A stretch of 64,000 nt of DNA from Octopus vulgaris (Eukaryota), in NCBI GenBank assembly GCA_951406725.2, contig OX597823.1, positions 19,778,001 to 19,842,000 on the forward strand. Reading direction: 5' to 3'. The number at the start of each line of letters is the position of its first letter. Within the stretch, counting starts at the first letter, position 1. The position numbers and the translations under genes are program-made. This document shows positions 42,995 to 57,320 of this stretch, in pieces. The notes beneath the pieces are model-generated. The model worked only from the letters and a program-made list of their open reading frames with translations, ran no database searches and was not told the origin of the DNA.

Positions 42995-43560
42995 TTGAGT
43001 TGTCCAGAAAGTTCGTGCCGATTTTTAAAGGAAAGAGAAAGGTCAATAAATACTTGCCATTACATTTTTAATGAGCCAAATATGAACCATTTTGTTGCAT
43101 AATGCGTCTCAATCTTTCCTTTAACTTGAAAATACCCTCTTACCAGAATTGAGGTGGTTTCATGGCAAAGAATTCATCACGGTATATTTTTACGCCATCC
43201 AAGTAATTGAAATTTTTACCATTAAGACTATTCTGCAGGGACCTGAATAAGTGGAAATCCGAAGGTGCAATATCTGGTGAATATGGAGGGTGGGGTAACA
43301 CATCCCAGCCGAGCTGCAGCAATTTTTGTCTGGTTCCCAAAGCATCAAGTCCCGAAAAGGAACTTTCCTATCTTCCATTTTAAAGGGTTACAGAATTAAC
43401 ACAGGTTATAGGAACATAAACCTTCTATCACGAAAAGATAGCTTAAACTGTGCTCTAAATGGAGGTGTAGTCAAATCCTATTTTATGGACTCAACCATGT
43501 TCTAAAATAAGTCGAAACGTAAGCTACTATAAATCGGCACGAACTTTCCCGACAAGCCAA
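42995..43560 (-). mobile_element. Internally deleted mariner with both TIRs and TA TSD
   Basis: TIRs TTGAGTTGTCCAGAAAGTTCGTGCCGATTT / AAATCGGCACGAACTTTCCCGACAAGCCAA; LLQLGWDVLPHPPYSPDIAPSDFHLFRSLQNSL motif. Confidence 0.95.
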
Positions 43561-43619
43561 TATATATATATATTAAAGTATATTTATTAATTAATTATTT
43601 TATTGTTCTAATTTATTTT

Positions 43620-43709
43620 TAACCTTATGAAGTGACTATATTTATATCGAAGTGATTTCTCTACCACTATAATCATTTCTTAAATATAGCCACGAAACAC
43701 GTGTCGTTA
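43620..43709 (+). ncRNA. Hammerhead-like motif with long stem II; core mutated at G5
   Basis: taac CTTATGA A GTGACTATATTTA ... TAAATATAGCCAC GAAA CACGTG TC gtta. Confidence 0.65.
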
Positions 43710-43964
43710 TTCTACAATTTATATACGTTATTATTATTTTTTTTTTGCAATTTACCTAATCTTTGACATTTTATTGCTATTTTAATGTTAATATTTCTAT
43801 CACATGTAATTTTCTAGATGGTGTAATTTAATTGCTCATTTTGAATTGATAAAATGTGTTTTTTTCTAATTTTTTATATATATATTATATTGTGTGAAAT
43901 TTGATTTAGTATTTCTAAATTGACTTTTTTTCCTTGTAAGTTTTGGATTTTATTCCCTCAGATA

Positions 43965-44015
<51 letters not shown>

Positions 44016-44122
44016 AAAAAAGGAGATGTCGAACACGAGTGGTGATATATAAAAAAGGAAATGAAGAAAATGCTGACAAATAATTGAAGTAATTTAAGTA
44101 ATTTAATTAGGTGAAAGTTCTT

Positions 44123-44156
44123 TTTACCGGTTGCGCATTTGTTATGCTTATCAAAA
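44123..44156 (-). ncRNA. Hammerhead-like motif (UUGAUAA / GCAA variant)
   Basis: tt TTGATAA GCAT aacaa ATGC GCAA CCGG TA aa; degenerate homologue at 54225-54255. Confidence 0.45.
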
Positions 44157-44593
44157 TATAAAAGAGAGATTAGAGTTGCTTTCTTATAGAATTTTTCCTC
44201 TTATCCTTATATATATATATATATATATATATGTACGTTTAAATATTTGTTGTGCAAGATTTTTTTTTTTTTTTTTTAGATTAGATTTATTATTATTATT
44301 ACTAATATTGTTGTTATACATACATACAAGCATATGTAATGATAATAATGGGTGGATGTAAACACATGAACAAAATTAGAACAAAAGCAACAACAACAAA
44401 AACAAAATACAAATTACAAGAATGTATATAACCAGAAGATACAAATATTACAGGCATCCCCCCACACACACACTAAATAAACATAGACGCACATAGAGAT
44501 ATAAGTATGCGCAAATGAAGACATACAATAGAAATACAAAATGGCTGACGGTTAGTAAGGAGAGACACAAGTAAGTGAGAAGAAAACAAAGGA

Positions 44594-44633
44594 CCACTGA
44601 TGCGGTCACAGGAGTGTGACGAAAGAACTTTGG
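44594..44633 (+). ncRNA. Hammerhead-like motif (CUGAUGC variant)
   Basis: cca CTGATGC G GTCAC aggagt GTGAC GAAA GAAC TT tgg. Confidence 0.6.
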
Positions 44634-44753
44634 CCGAAATAAGATTAAGATTAATGTAAAAAATAAATATCACTGAAGCAAAATAACACCAAATATATAG
44701 TGCGTGTGTTTTTATTGGCTAAACTGGCAATATGACCATTCCGAAATATAACA

Positions 44754-44786
<33 letters not shown>

Positions 44787-44787
44787 T

Positions 44788-44830
<43 letters not shown>

Positions 44831-45537
44831 TATATCATACTTCCACACTGTTACATACCCAGGACTAACGATAGGATACCCATTCTCGTGCCTTTAGGGA
44901 GAACAATGTCAGCCTGGCCACACAGTCCATTATGTTTGCCTTCTAACTATTTGTAAGAATGAGTTAAACTTCTGCAAAATCGAGCCACTGTGATGCTTTT
45001 TCAATACCTCGTTGTCCCGGCTGCATGTAGAACCTGACATTAAGATACTGTTACTATCTAATTTTGTCTCTCAAGCCCTAGTTCAAGGATTGGTCATGAC
45101 AGGAACGTTTTTCGGATATCAGATCTGACCTGGGTTTAATAATAACCATCTAACGAGAGAATCTTTACCTGATCCTTCGATCAGCTTGAAATAGCAGCTA
45201 TCCCTCAAATCAAATCCTACTTCCTTAAAATGGAGCTAAGACACATTGGATTATCTTGTCTTCTGTATACTTTTCCTAAATAGAAACCGATGTGGTCATT
45301 TTTCGAAAGCCTTTGATTTATCGTAGATCTGTGCAACAAAAACTGACTCGGGGTTAAGCAACAACTGGGCCGTAGTTTCACACAGGCTTTTGCGTTTTTG
45401 CAATTTCATTTAGTTATCAGCCATGTCTGACTACGGTTAGAAGAAGGAGCTCACAGATCTTTAGTACCAAGCGAGTCAAATGAATCCTATGGCGCAGTCT
45501 TCAGAGACTTGACGGTACCACCACCACCACCACCACC

Positions 45538-45569
<32 letters not shown>

Positions 45570-45582
45570 CAACACCAGCACC

Positions 45583-45613
<31 letters not shown>

Positions 45614-45624
45614 CCACCACCACC

Positions 45625-45656
<32 letters not shown>

Positions 45657-45690
45657 CAACAGCAGCAACAATAACAGCAGCAGCAGCAGT

Positions 45691-46040
45691 GGAGGCGCAA
45701 TGGCCTAGTGGTTAGGGCAGCGGCCTCGCGGTTTCGATTCCCAGACCGGGCGTTGTGTGTGTTTATTGAGCGAAAACACCTAAAGCTCCACGAAGCTCTG
45801 GCAGGGGATGGTGGCGACCCCTGTTGTACTCTTTCGCTCCAACTTTCTCTCACTCTTTCTTCCTGTTTCTCGTCCCCGACTTCCTACGCAACTGCTGAGC
45901 CTGGATGCGCATTCATCCATCCGTCGATGCTCTCGGTGCCGGGGGTTGACCTGCTTTCTCTTCTGCGGGTCTTACAAATAGCAAAGGACCACGTATCGGA
46001 CTTCTCCGAAGAGGACGAAGACCGCTTCGCTCAACAAACA
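45691..46040 (+). mobile_element. SINE family C head with a third, different 3' tail
   Basis: Head matches 7487 up to CTTCCTGTTTCT, then diverges. Confidence 0.8.
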
Positions 46041-46932
46041 AAGCAGCAGCAACAAAAACTGTAACATCACCACCACCACCAATAACAACAACAGCAATAG
46101 CAGTAGCAACAACAAAACATCACCGACGAACCACCACTACAACCACCACCACCACCACCACCACCACCACCACCACCACCACTACAACCACCACCACCAC
46201 CACCACCACCACCACCACCACCACCACCACCACCACCACCACTACTACCATCACCATCACCACTACCACCGTCGCCGCCACTACCACTACCACTACTATC
46301 AATAACAACAACAGCAACAACAAAAATTCTAGCATCACCGTCGCCACCACCACCAAAACCACAACCACCACCACCACCGCCACCGCCACCGCCACCCCGC
46401 CACCACCAATAACAACAACACCAACAGCCGTAGCAACAACAAAATTTGTAACATCACCGCCGCCACCACCACCACCACCACCGCTGCCACCACCACTACC
46501 ACTACTACCAATAACAACAACAGCAACAACAAAAATTCTAACATCACCGCCGCCGCCGCCACGACCACCACCACCACCACCACGTTTCCATATTACATGC
46601 ATGTCTTACAACATGTAATATGGAAGCGTTGGCTTTTACAAACCATCACGAAGATGCTATAACACACACAGATATCAAGATTAAATAACTTTAACTAAAA
46701 ATAACTTTGTATCATGGGTCTAACGCACATTCACAATTCGTAGCCTGCTAAAAATATATTCCATAGTACACACTACACTATATATATAAATATATGTGTG
46801 TGTTTGCGCGCGTGTGCGTGTGTGTATGTATTACACACAATATATTTATATATATATGTGATCTCTTGAGCACCACCAGCAAAAAAATTTTTTTCCTCTG
46901 TCTTCCCTTCTCGGGATTTTTCCTTCTTCTTT

Positions 46933-46967
46933 GTTTCCGACGAAGAGCTCCGCTCGAAACGTTAAAC
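46933..46967 (+). ncRNA. Minimal hammerhead (CCGACGA core)
   Basis: gttt CCGACGA A GAGC tcc GCTC GAAA CG TT aaac. Confidence 0.72.
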
Positions 46968-47064
46968 CCTCCTTCCCTTCTTTCCTGAGCGTCAAATAAT
47001 ACTTTAATTGTTCCACGTCCTCGCGTTGCTATGTTTTTTTCTGTGTTTTCTTGTTTGGATTAAC

Positions 47065-47115
<51 letters not shown>

Positions 47116-47547
47116 TTATATATATGGACATTTCACCTAATCATGGTATATATAGTGGGATTCGATTACGTAGTGAAAACTCTCAATAAAAGATTAAATG
47201 TCGAAATAACAACAAGAGCACTCAGAAAGCGCAAACCTCCACCAAGGCAACACCAACATCCTCTCAACGATTAACCAGAGATGATTTTTAAAATGAGAAT
47301 ATCTGAAATGAACTCGACTGCTCTCACAAACGAGAGTTCTAAAAATGAATCCGACCGTTCTCAAAAATTAAAAAAAAAAATAATAAATAAAAAGGAGAAA
47401 ATAATCCAGAATCCTTGTTCGGCACCGGATCGATCTCAAAATCTAATATACACCCACATACATACATACATACATACATACATACATACATACATACATA
47501 CATACACACATACATACATACATACATACATACATACTTACATACAT

Positions 47548-47578
<31 letters not shown>

Positions 47579-47600
47579 TAAATATATATATATATATATA

Positions 47601-48039
47601 TCTTTATATATAAAAGTAAGGTTGTGTGTCTGTCTCCTATGATTTAGATTCCTAACTACTCCCACATTTTGCGGTGCAGTTTAACCAAAACCGGGTATCG
47701 TATAGTCGTGATTCATATCGAGCCCTTCTGGGTATTAGCGCGCGTCTACGATGAGTCTACGATTTAAAAAATAATTTACCATCATTTTTTCCATTTCAAT
47801 GCATTTTTTCGCTATTATATAAGGGAAGTAACTCTCGAAAAATGTCTACGATGAGTCAACGATTAAAAAAATTTACCATAATTTTTTTTATAACTCTCTA
47901 AAAATGCTTAAAAAAACAAATGTCTACGATGAGTCAACGATTAAAAAAAAATTTGCCTATTTTTGGGCTATAACTCTCTAAAAATGCTTATATAGTTATT
48001 TCCCTTACAAACCCGAGCAACGCCGGGCGATACTGCTAG
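47601..48039 (+). mobile_element. Non-autonomous Helitron
   Basis: A|TC 5' end, 3' hairpin CCCGAGCAACGCCGGG, CTAG|T end; three internal GTCTACGATGAGTC repeats. Confidence 0.8.
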
Positions 48040-48070
<31 letters not shown>

Positions 48071-50284
48071 GTGAGTGTATATATTTGTGTGTCTGTGTTT
48101 GTCTCCCCAACATAACTTGACAACCGATACTGGTGTGTTTACGTACCCGTAACTTAGCGGTTCGGTAAAAGAGACCGATAGAATAAGTACTAAGCTTACA
48201 AAGAATAAGTCCTGGGGTCGATTTGCTCGACTAAGGTCGGTGCTCCAGCATGGCCGCAGTCAAAATGACTGAAGCAAGTAAAAGAGTAAAGAGTAGTCTT
48301 GCGTGCGTAGTCAGAAAAAAAAACCCCACAGGAATAATGATTATATCTACAATAGATTGACAAGAATTTAGCATAGAACAATTATATTTTCTCCACGAGC
48401 ACAAGGAAGATGGCCTAACGTCTCTGTATTATAGGTGTATGATGTTCAGGTAGAGGTATAATGCGTTTAGAAAACTATTATGAAGTATCCATAAAAGCAC
48501 ATATATCTAGTAAAGGAAATAGGAAAATCTGCGCAAGCGCCTTCACTAGTCAGTTATGGTGAGACAGTTTCACGTGACAACTTGCTGGGGCTGCATGCTG
48601 GAGCCTAGCGGCAGGTATTTAAAGGGAAAAATTTGACAAGTCAGTCAGTCACCAGCTGACGATACATCGAAGAGGCCAGGGAACGGAAGAAAGAAGTAAG
48701 AAGACATGCACCCAACACCAGAGCTCAAGACACATCCGAAAGACGGGGGGGGGGGCGCCACGTCAAAACGGTAGAGGAGTAGGGGCTGAAACCGGACGCG
48801 GTTCCTCCTGATGATGTCTTGAGCTAACTGGATCCTATAAAGGAGCTGTTGTGGTAGCAGACCACGAAACACGGTTGTAATTCCTCAAGAATAAAACCAA
48901 ACCAAAGATTTCTTTCTGTCCCCTACTGAATTCAAGAAAAAGAAAAGAGAGACTGGAATGAGAAATAGCTTTGATTGGAAAGAAACATCATCAATAAATG
49001 AGAAGTAGTTAAAAATGAAACTAAAATGGAGTATAGATAGAATAGCATGTTAAAGCGATGGCAAGGAAAGGAAGATCAAAGCTAAAACGCCGGATGTTGT
49101 TAAGGAGTTACAAAGGAAGACATGCCTCTAAAATCGAAATAAGAGCAGCAACAGATGATAATTTATCTATTAAGGAAATTGAAAAATTCTCTAAAGATCT
49201 GAAAAAGAGATAAAACTGAAAACTGAAGCACTTCATATAATAATGCGTGCCTTGGGAATGATATAAAATACAGGTCAATGCTATCACCATCACATATATA
49301 CGACGGGCTTCTTTCAGTTTCCGTCTACCAATTCCACTCACAAGGCTTAGGTCGGCCCGATGCTATAGTAGAAGACACTTGCCCAAGGTGTCACGCAGTG
49401 GGACTGAACCCGGAACCATGTGGTTGGTAAGCAAGCTACTTACCACACAGCCACTCCTGCGCAGTCTTTTGAACTTCCAGAATGACCGCGGTTAATTTTG
49501 TAATGCTATCGGTCAATAAGCTCTGACCTGAGGTCAACAAGCAAAACAGCAGCATCATTACCAGTCCCACCACCAAAAAAAAAAAATCACCGCCGCCACC
49601 ACCTTCACTGCCACCGTCTCCATGGCCGTTACCATCAACCATCACGAAAACCACCACCACCACCACCACTAACAACAACAACAACATAACCACCTCGAAG
49701 GTCAATGCTACCACCATCACCGTTACAACCACCACAATTACAATAACCACCTCCACCACCAACCACCAAAACGACAAGCAATCATGACAGCAATAACAAA
49801 AAGAATGAACAACAAAAGGTCACAGTGGCAACAAACGACTTCAAAATGGTCACCGTTTATAGTAAACTGATCAAAATGGCGGCTGTTCTCCACGTCACAG
49901 TAAAAGTGTTACGGTGAGATAAAACTTTTGGCGCGTTTGTTAAGCTAACACGTTGGAGAGTTATTTATGGCTTGTTTAGTCTGCAATAGCAAAGCAGACA
50001 TCTGGATAGATTGCACATGAAATACGCACTTATACATATTTATACACAAATATACTTGCACAAACACGCGCGCGCATGCATGCATTTATTTTATATATCT
50101 ATATGTTTATAAACATATGGAGTCATATACATCCAGTCGATACGTTCATGTACTTATAGACATTTACACTTAAAAAATATGATAGTTATAACTTTTGCTT
50201 TTTGGCTGGTTTTGTTTTTTTTATTGCATACAATAAAAATAAACGTGTCAAGTTTAATATATTCAATGGTTTCACACAAATTTG

Positions 50285-50694
50285 GGATCTTTTCAGTTTG
50301 AACGGCAGTTTTTTCTAGCGGTGTCATATGAAATTGTCACCCATAATTATGACCCTACTATCGATCTATGACATTTCAATCTATTTTAGGGTTAGGGTTA
50401 GGGTTAGTTAGGGTTAGGGTTAGGGGTGGGGCGAAGGGTATCTTTTTTTCTTCACAAATGTAAATAAACCCAATCTGTTTCTTAAACGAGGGACATATTC
50501 ATACGGCACAGATTGATTGGTTGAAATTGCAGAAATTGAAAAAAAAAACAAATATCTTACAAACTATAGAATTTTCCCAATAAAGTCAAGAGTAAAAGAT
50601 GTTTTATAAACACATTCTACCAGTATACGAAGTTTCAAATTTTATAGTTACCTTGAAATTATGTTAAAAATTGCCGTTCAAACCGAAAAGATCC
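50285..50694 (+). mobile_element. MITE with 8-bp TSD (Merlin-like) and TTAGGG repeats
   Basis: Perfect TSD CAAATTTG; same TIR. Confidence 0.93.
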
Positions 50695-51056
50695 CAAATT
50701 TGTAGAGAGCTAATTTCATAAATGAGTATAACTGATAGAACTCACATGAGTCTAGGTTTAAGCAATTTCCATATTTCTTGGTTCATAAGAGGCTGCAAAT
50801 GATACGATGTGTTCTATAATCAGGAAATTTTATTTAGAAAAAAAGAGTTTTTGAAGATTTAATAAAATAAAGATACATTATTTTTGTATAAGAATTTTAA
50901 TTATAATTTTAATTATTGCGCATTGAAAATATTTAGTACATTTCTACCAGATATGCTCTCTTCGAACAATCCAAAGAGACGTTTACATTCCATGGTGCCG
51001 CGTTGGCATTCAGTTATTACCAATTATGACTACTTTACGTTCATATTCTGTCAATG

Positions 51057-51449
51057 TTCATTATAAGAAACAGGTTAGCTGGACACCCACCGCCCCATTA
51101 TATTCAGAGAGAGAGAGAGGGGGGGATAGAGGGAGAGAGAGAGGGGGAGAGAGAGGGAGAGAAAGGAGGGAGAGAGACCGACAGATACGGGGAGTGTGTT
51201 TTTAGGAGATAGAGAGAAATGAAAAAAAGCAAAATGTTCCCTCACTGGAGTCGATGTGTCAATCTTCATTATAAGAAACAGGTTAGCTGGACACCCACCG
51301 CCCCATTATATTCAGAGAGAGAGAGAGAGGGGGGAGAGAGGGGGAGAAAGGGAGAGAGAGAGAGAGAGACCGACAGATACGGGGAGTGTGTTTTAGGGAG
51401 ATAGAGAGAAATGAAAAAAAGCAAAATGTTCCCTCACTGGGGTCGATGT
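51057..51449 (+). repeat. Tandem duplication of a ~209-bp unit containing a (GA)-rich tract
   Basis: TTCATTATAAGAAACAGGTTAGCTGG...CACTGG.GTCGATGTG repeated twice. Confidence 0.93.
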
Positions 51450-51499
51450 GATTAACTAGCACCCGCGCCCACCCCGAATTTCAGTCCTTGTGCGTACAA

Positions 51500-52700
51500 G
51501 AAAAAGCCTGGTCCTTAAGGTTATCTTCAATACTATAAAGAACCAAATTGATCTCAACAACAATGAGAAAAAACCGTTGAAAGTACCAACTAGAGATTTC
51601 ATTACCTTCATGCGCTCAGGTCAGTGGATCTGTTTCAAGAAGAAATTTCCTGTGAGAGATGAAAGTGGAGCGGCTGTTGGGAGGTGACTGCAGATTAACC
51701 AGGGTGCCAGGGACTCTTTCCCTTCCCAGTTACGAAAAAACCGGATATTTTAATGTGGTGTGAAGGAAAGAAAGTTGTAAATTTAGTCGATGATTTTTTA
51801 TTAACCATAAAAGGTCTTACATAGAGGGGACACTACAACACATTGGGGACACAAAACGTCAAAAAAAAATTATCGTATGATAAAATGAGAGAAAGGGTGA
51901 AAATGAAAGATGAAATTGATGTTAACTGCTCCATCAGTCAACATCTCTTACTTGTCCTTTTTTTTCCTCTTTTACCTCGAAAATCACAAAGTCTACAAAT
52001 TTAACCTCATATATTTCTTCTAGTTTATTCCTCTTTCCCGGTTCCAATGTTCTTCTTATTAATGTATATTCATCCTCAAGTTCCTTTTCAAGTTCCTCAA
52101 CCTGACTTTTTGACACTACTATAATCATTTTCTGATGCCAGCCATCTGGCATTTCTATCTTTCCCCATATTTTCAATCTTTCATATAAATGTTTGAAAAT
52201 CTAGTCGAGTTAACGGTTCCTCATGAAGATAACATGGACGCCGCTCGGGCTCGAAAGATTGACCGTTATGTAAACCTCCTCGAGGAATGTGAAGACATAG
52301 GCTGGAAAGCGGAGTATTTTCCAATCCAAGTCGGATGTAGAGGGTTTGTTGGACGTAGAGTGAGACGACTGCTGTTATCGTTAGGCCTAACTCATCGTAA
52401 AGAAAATACCACCCTTACCAATATCCCAACTACAGTGGAGAGGGCTAACCACTGGATTTGGTTGAAAAGAGACGATGAGCGATGGCTAGAGAAATATTGA
52501 GCGATATCTAATAACTAGTTGATCTAGCAAGCGGGGCCTCATAACAGTGAGGAGGACCAGTGCGCATTGATGCTGTCGAGAAGTAGGCCCCGAAACGGCG
52601 CGCATTCTCTCCGGATAACCCATACACTTGCTGGTTTCCGGTATGCGGAGTTCTCGACTGGTAGCACTTGCTTGTGAAAGATGTTTGCAAGACAACCGTC
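51500..52700 (+). pseudogene. HERO-clade non-LTR retrotransposon 3' end (RLE domain), split by an insertion
   Basis: WEVTAD*...FP..VTKKPDILMWCEGKKVVNLV | ELTVPHEDNMDAARARKIDRY..L..C...GWK....PIQVGCRGF...ERANHWIWLKR. Confidence 0.88.
51791..52196 (-). mobile_element. ~406-bp retro-insertion with 12-bp TSD
   Basis: Flanks AAATTTAGTCGA / AAATCTAGTCGA; minus-strand 3' end AATAAAAAA; carries the 80-aa ORF 51934-52176. Confidence 0.75.
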
Positions 52701-53028
52701 CCATTAATCAGATATTGAAATCAACCATATTTGACCAGTTCTGTTTTTTTTTCATCATTTATATTTTATTGATAATTCTACTCAACCCATTACTACAAAT
52801 TTTCCTGTTTTGAATATCTGTAACATGTTTTGTAAATATGACTATTCTTTAATTTCGCCGGTTCGTTGGACAGAATGATTTGTTATTCTGTTTGACACAC
52901 TGGGTTGACGCTGAGGAGACCCAGAAGAATAGTCAACAAGATTATCCCTAAATAAATTATTAAACGGTATCATTGTATCAAATACATTTCTCTTGTTCGT
53001 GTGATATATATATACACACATACACATG

Positions 53029-53121
<93 letters not shown>

Positions 53122-53124
<3 letters not shown>

Positions 53125-53435
53125 GGCGCATGGCTCAGTGGTTAGATCGAACTTATCGTGAGGTTGTGAGTTCGAATACCGGACGGCTGCGTGTTGTGTT
53201 CTTGAGCAAGACACTTCATTTCACGTTGCTCAGTTCACTCATCTGTAGAAATGAGTTGGACGTCACAGGTGCCAAGCTGTATCGGCCTTTGCCTTTCCTT
53301 GGATAACATCGGTGTCGTGAAGAGGGAGGCTGGTATGCATGGGCGACTGCTGGTCTTCCATAAAAACCTTGCTGGACTTGGAGGGTAACTTTCTAGGTGC
53401 AATCTCATGGTCATTCGTGACCGAAGCGGGTCTCT
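53122..53435 (+). mobile_element. SINE family D
   Basis: Homologous to 34719-35060; (GATT)n tail. Confidence 0.85.
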
Positions 53436-53470
53436 GATTGATTGATTGATTGATCGATCGATTGATTGAT

Positions 53471-53522
<52 letters not shown>

Positions 53523-54005
53523 GGATGGATGGATGGATGGGTTGGGTTGGGTGGGTGGGTGCATGTATGTATGTGCAGATTTTTATGTTTTATGTATGCA
53601 TTCTCATGCATATAGTTACATACATATAGTATATACTTATATATATATATTTAAATGATAAACTTCTGAAAGTTTTATAGATTTATACAGTTCCAGGGGA
53701 TTGAAGTCTTCGAATTGCTTCTCCTTTCTGGTTTTGAGAAGCTAATTTATCAAGATTGGGTATGTACAGTATCATGTATGTAAAACTGTTACTTGGTCAT
53801 TCAATAGACTAATTAGCAGAGTTAAATGCGATTTTTATATAGTGCAAAAAATGTGCAACATTAGGTTTCGTCTCTAAATATCAAACTGCAATCTGTTTTT
53901 ACAGTGTTCCATTCAGAATGAATATGAGTCTCTCACCATTTCACCAGCTTGTACATGTATTATGTGCATCAAAAGCTGAGTAACAATGAAGTGATTCAAC
54001 ACGTC

Positions 54006-54029
<24 letters not shown>

Positions 54030-54036
<7 letters not shown>

Positions 54037-54349
54037 GAAATGAAAAATGCGACAATAATTGAAGAATTTAAGTAATTTAATTAGTGAATGTCTTTTAGTT
54101 GGCATTTTTATTATATTATCATTTGCTTGGTTCGCGCCTAAAATTTTGATACTGGCGGAAACCAAGCAAATCTGGAGCCTCTTTTCCACATATAAGAGAC
54201 AGACTCTAATCTCTCTTTTATATTTTGATAAGCATAACAAATGCGCAACGAAAAACATTCACTAATTAAATTACTTAAATTACTTCAATTATCAGCATTT
54301 TCTTCATTTCCTTTTTATATATCACCACTCGTGTTCGACATCTCCTTTT

Positions 54350-54353
<4 letters not shown>
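54030..54353. repeat. Cassette with ~70-bp inverted ends and an internal 12-bp hairpin; homologous to 44013-44170
   Basis: 54032-54095 is the reverse complement of ~54252-54316; hairpin ATTTGCTTGGTT/AACCAAGCAAAT at 54121-54171. Confidence 0.75.
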
Positions 54354-54389
<36 letters not shown>

Positions 54390-54573
54390 TAAATTAGAGA
54401 TAAAACCACTATTAGGCAAATCAAACAATGAAAAACATAAGCCAATACATAAAATTAATTAATTTATATTATTTTAAATATATATCAAAAGTGTTAAAAG
54501 TTTAATAAAAGATAAAGAGTAAAACACTACGATTGTTTCATGGCTGTACAATTCGTAATAATTCGAGTTATGG

Positions 54574-54604
<31 letters not shown>

Positions 54605-54614
54605 CATACATACA

Positions 54615-54648
<34 letters not shown>

Positions 54649-54715
54649 CATACATACATACATACATACATACGTACATACATATATATGAATAAATCGT
54701 GCTTTATATCTATTA

Positions 54716-54788
<73 letters not shown>

Positions 54789-54847
54789 GCCATCCATCCC
54801 TCCATCCATCCCTCCATCCACCCATCCATCCATCCATCTATCCATCC

Positions 54848-54920
<73 letters not shown>

Positions 54921-55193
54921 CCTGTATATCTATCTGTATATCTGTCTATATGTATATATATATATATATATATTAAGTACGATTTATTCGCGATCAGAGT
55001 TGTTCGAAAACTAAGGTACAACTACATACATACATATACATATGTATGTATGTATTTATGTATGTATTTATGTATGTATATCTAAATTCCTAAAATGTAT
55101 TTCTCCATGCTGCAATGAAAAATTTGTGACAATAGTATTAAAATAGTATCATAAATTCCAGTCTTTGTACATACGCGCGCACACACACACACA

Positions 55194-55239
<46 letters not shown>

Positions 55240-55406
55240 CATACATATACCTGTGTGTAGGTGTTGTCTGGGTGTGCGCGTGCGCGTTTGTGTTGTTTTG
55301 CGTAAATATGTAAATATATTTTATGCATATATATATATGTATATATATATATATGAGCATATACATTATATATATTTGTATAAGTGTGCGTGTGCATATA
55401 TATATG

Positions 55407-55463
<57 letters not shown>

Positions 55464-55880
55464 CCATATGTGTGTGTGTGTATTTATGCTCATACATATG
55501 TATATAAAACATGTATCATAAAGAAGTAAAAAGCGAAAAAGCAAGCATAAAGTGACATATAGAAACAGCTATTTGTTTGTTCTATCAATCATATATTCAT
55601 TCTATGCTCACATTTATCAAATGTGACATCATCACCTCAGAATATACGTCTTTCCTTAGGTCGGCCATTACCGGAAGTAGCCCATGAAAGACTTTGACCT
55701 ATGAGCTCTCTGTTGCTTTACTTTGATGGACAACGTTTACTTCCGGTCGACTTCGGTGTGATTAAAACTAATCTTTGTTGTCATATTTGCTACATTGTCA
55801 AAAACTATTACTTTCTTGTGAAGTTTGAAAGGTTACTAACATTTACGGATCAGAATATAGATGTATATATATATATATAA

Positions 55881-56011
<131 letters not shown>

Positions 56012-56024
56012 GTATATATATATG

Positions 56025-56110
<86 letters not shown>

Positions 56111-56124
56111 TGTATATGTATATG

Positions 56125-56155
<31 letters not shown>

Positions 56156-56359
56156 GTGCATGTTTGTGTGTATATATGCATGAATGCATGCATATATTTT
56201 GTGCGTGACTTTATGTATGTATGACTTGTATATACTCGTATGTATGAAGTATGAATATAGTTCAGTGTGTATGAATGTGTGTGTGCACATGCGTGTATGA
56301 ATGTATATATGTATATATGTGTGTGTATTATATATACATATTTAAATAATATATATAGT

Positions 56360-56404
<45 letters not shown>

Positions 56405-56442
56405 CGTGTGTGTGTGTATGTGTGTATATACATATATACGTG

Positions 56443-56480
<38 letters not shown>

Positions 56481-56749
56481 CATACATATATGTATATATA
56501 TGGACACACATATATATGCATATATATATACACATAAATGTACACAGGGTGCACACATACATGTGTGCGTGTGCGTGTGCGTGTGTGTGTGTGTGTTTGT
56601 GTGTGTGTAATCTCCCTGTCTTCCTGTCTTTCATCTTTATATATTGTTACGCCTAAGTCTCTCTGTTTCTCTCTTGTTTCGTCTGAAAACCAGATTCACA
56701 AACTTTTCCTTCTTTCTTCCCTTGCCACTGATCACCCATACAGTTCACT

Positions 56750-57285
56750 AATGTATGTATGATATGTATGTATGCATGTATGTATGTGTGTATGTATGTA
56801 TGCATGTATGTGTGTATGCATGTATGTATGTATGTATGTATGCATGTATGTGTGTATGCATGTATGTATGTGTGTGTGTGTATGTATGTATGTATGTATG
56901 TATGTATATATCTATGTATGTGTGTATGTGTGTGTATGTAAGTATGTGTGTATGTGTGTATGTGTGTATTATGTATTTATGTATTCGTGTATGTATGTGT
57001 GTATGTATGTATGTATGTATGTGTGTGAATGTATGTATGTATGTGTGTATGTACGTATGTATGTGTGTATGTAAGTATGTATGTATGTATTATGTATTTA
57101 TGTATGTATGCGTGTATGTATGTGTGTATGTATGTATTATGTATTTATGTATATATGTGTGTATGTATGTGTGTATGTATGTGTGTGTATGTATGTATGT
57201 ATGTATGTATCTATGTATGTGTGTATGTATGTGTGTATGTATGTATGTATGTATGTATGCATGTATGTGTGTATGCATGTATGTA

Positions 57286-57320
<35 letters not shown>

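Noticed and set aside
49870-49940. YY1-like (AAAATGGCGG) and E2F-like (TTTGGCGC) motifs; another AAAATGGCGG near 63907
   Set aside because: Short motifs with no associated gene or TSS evidence
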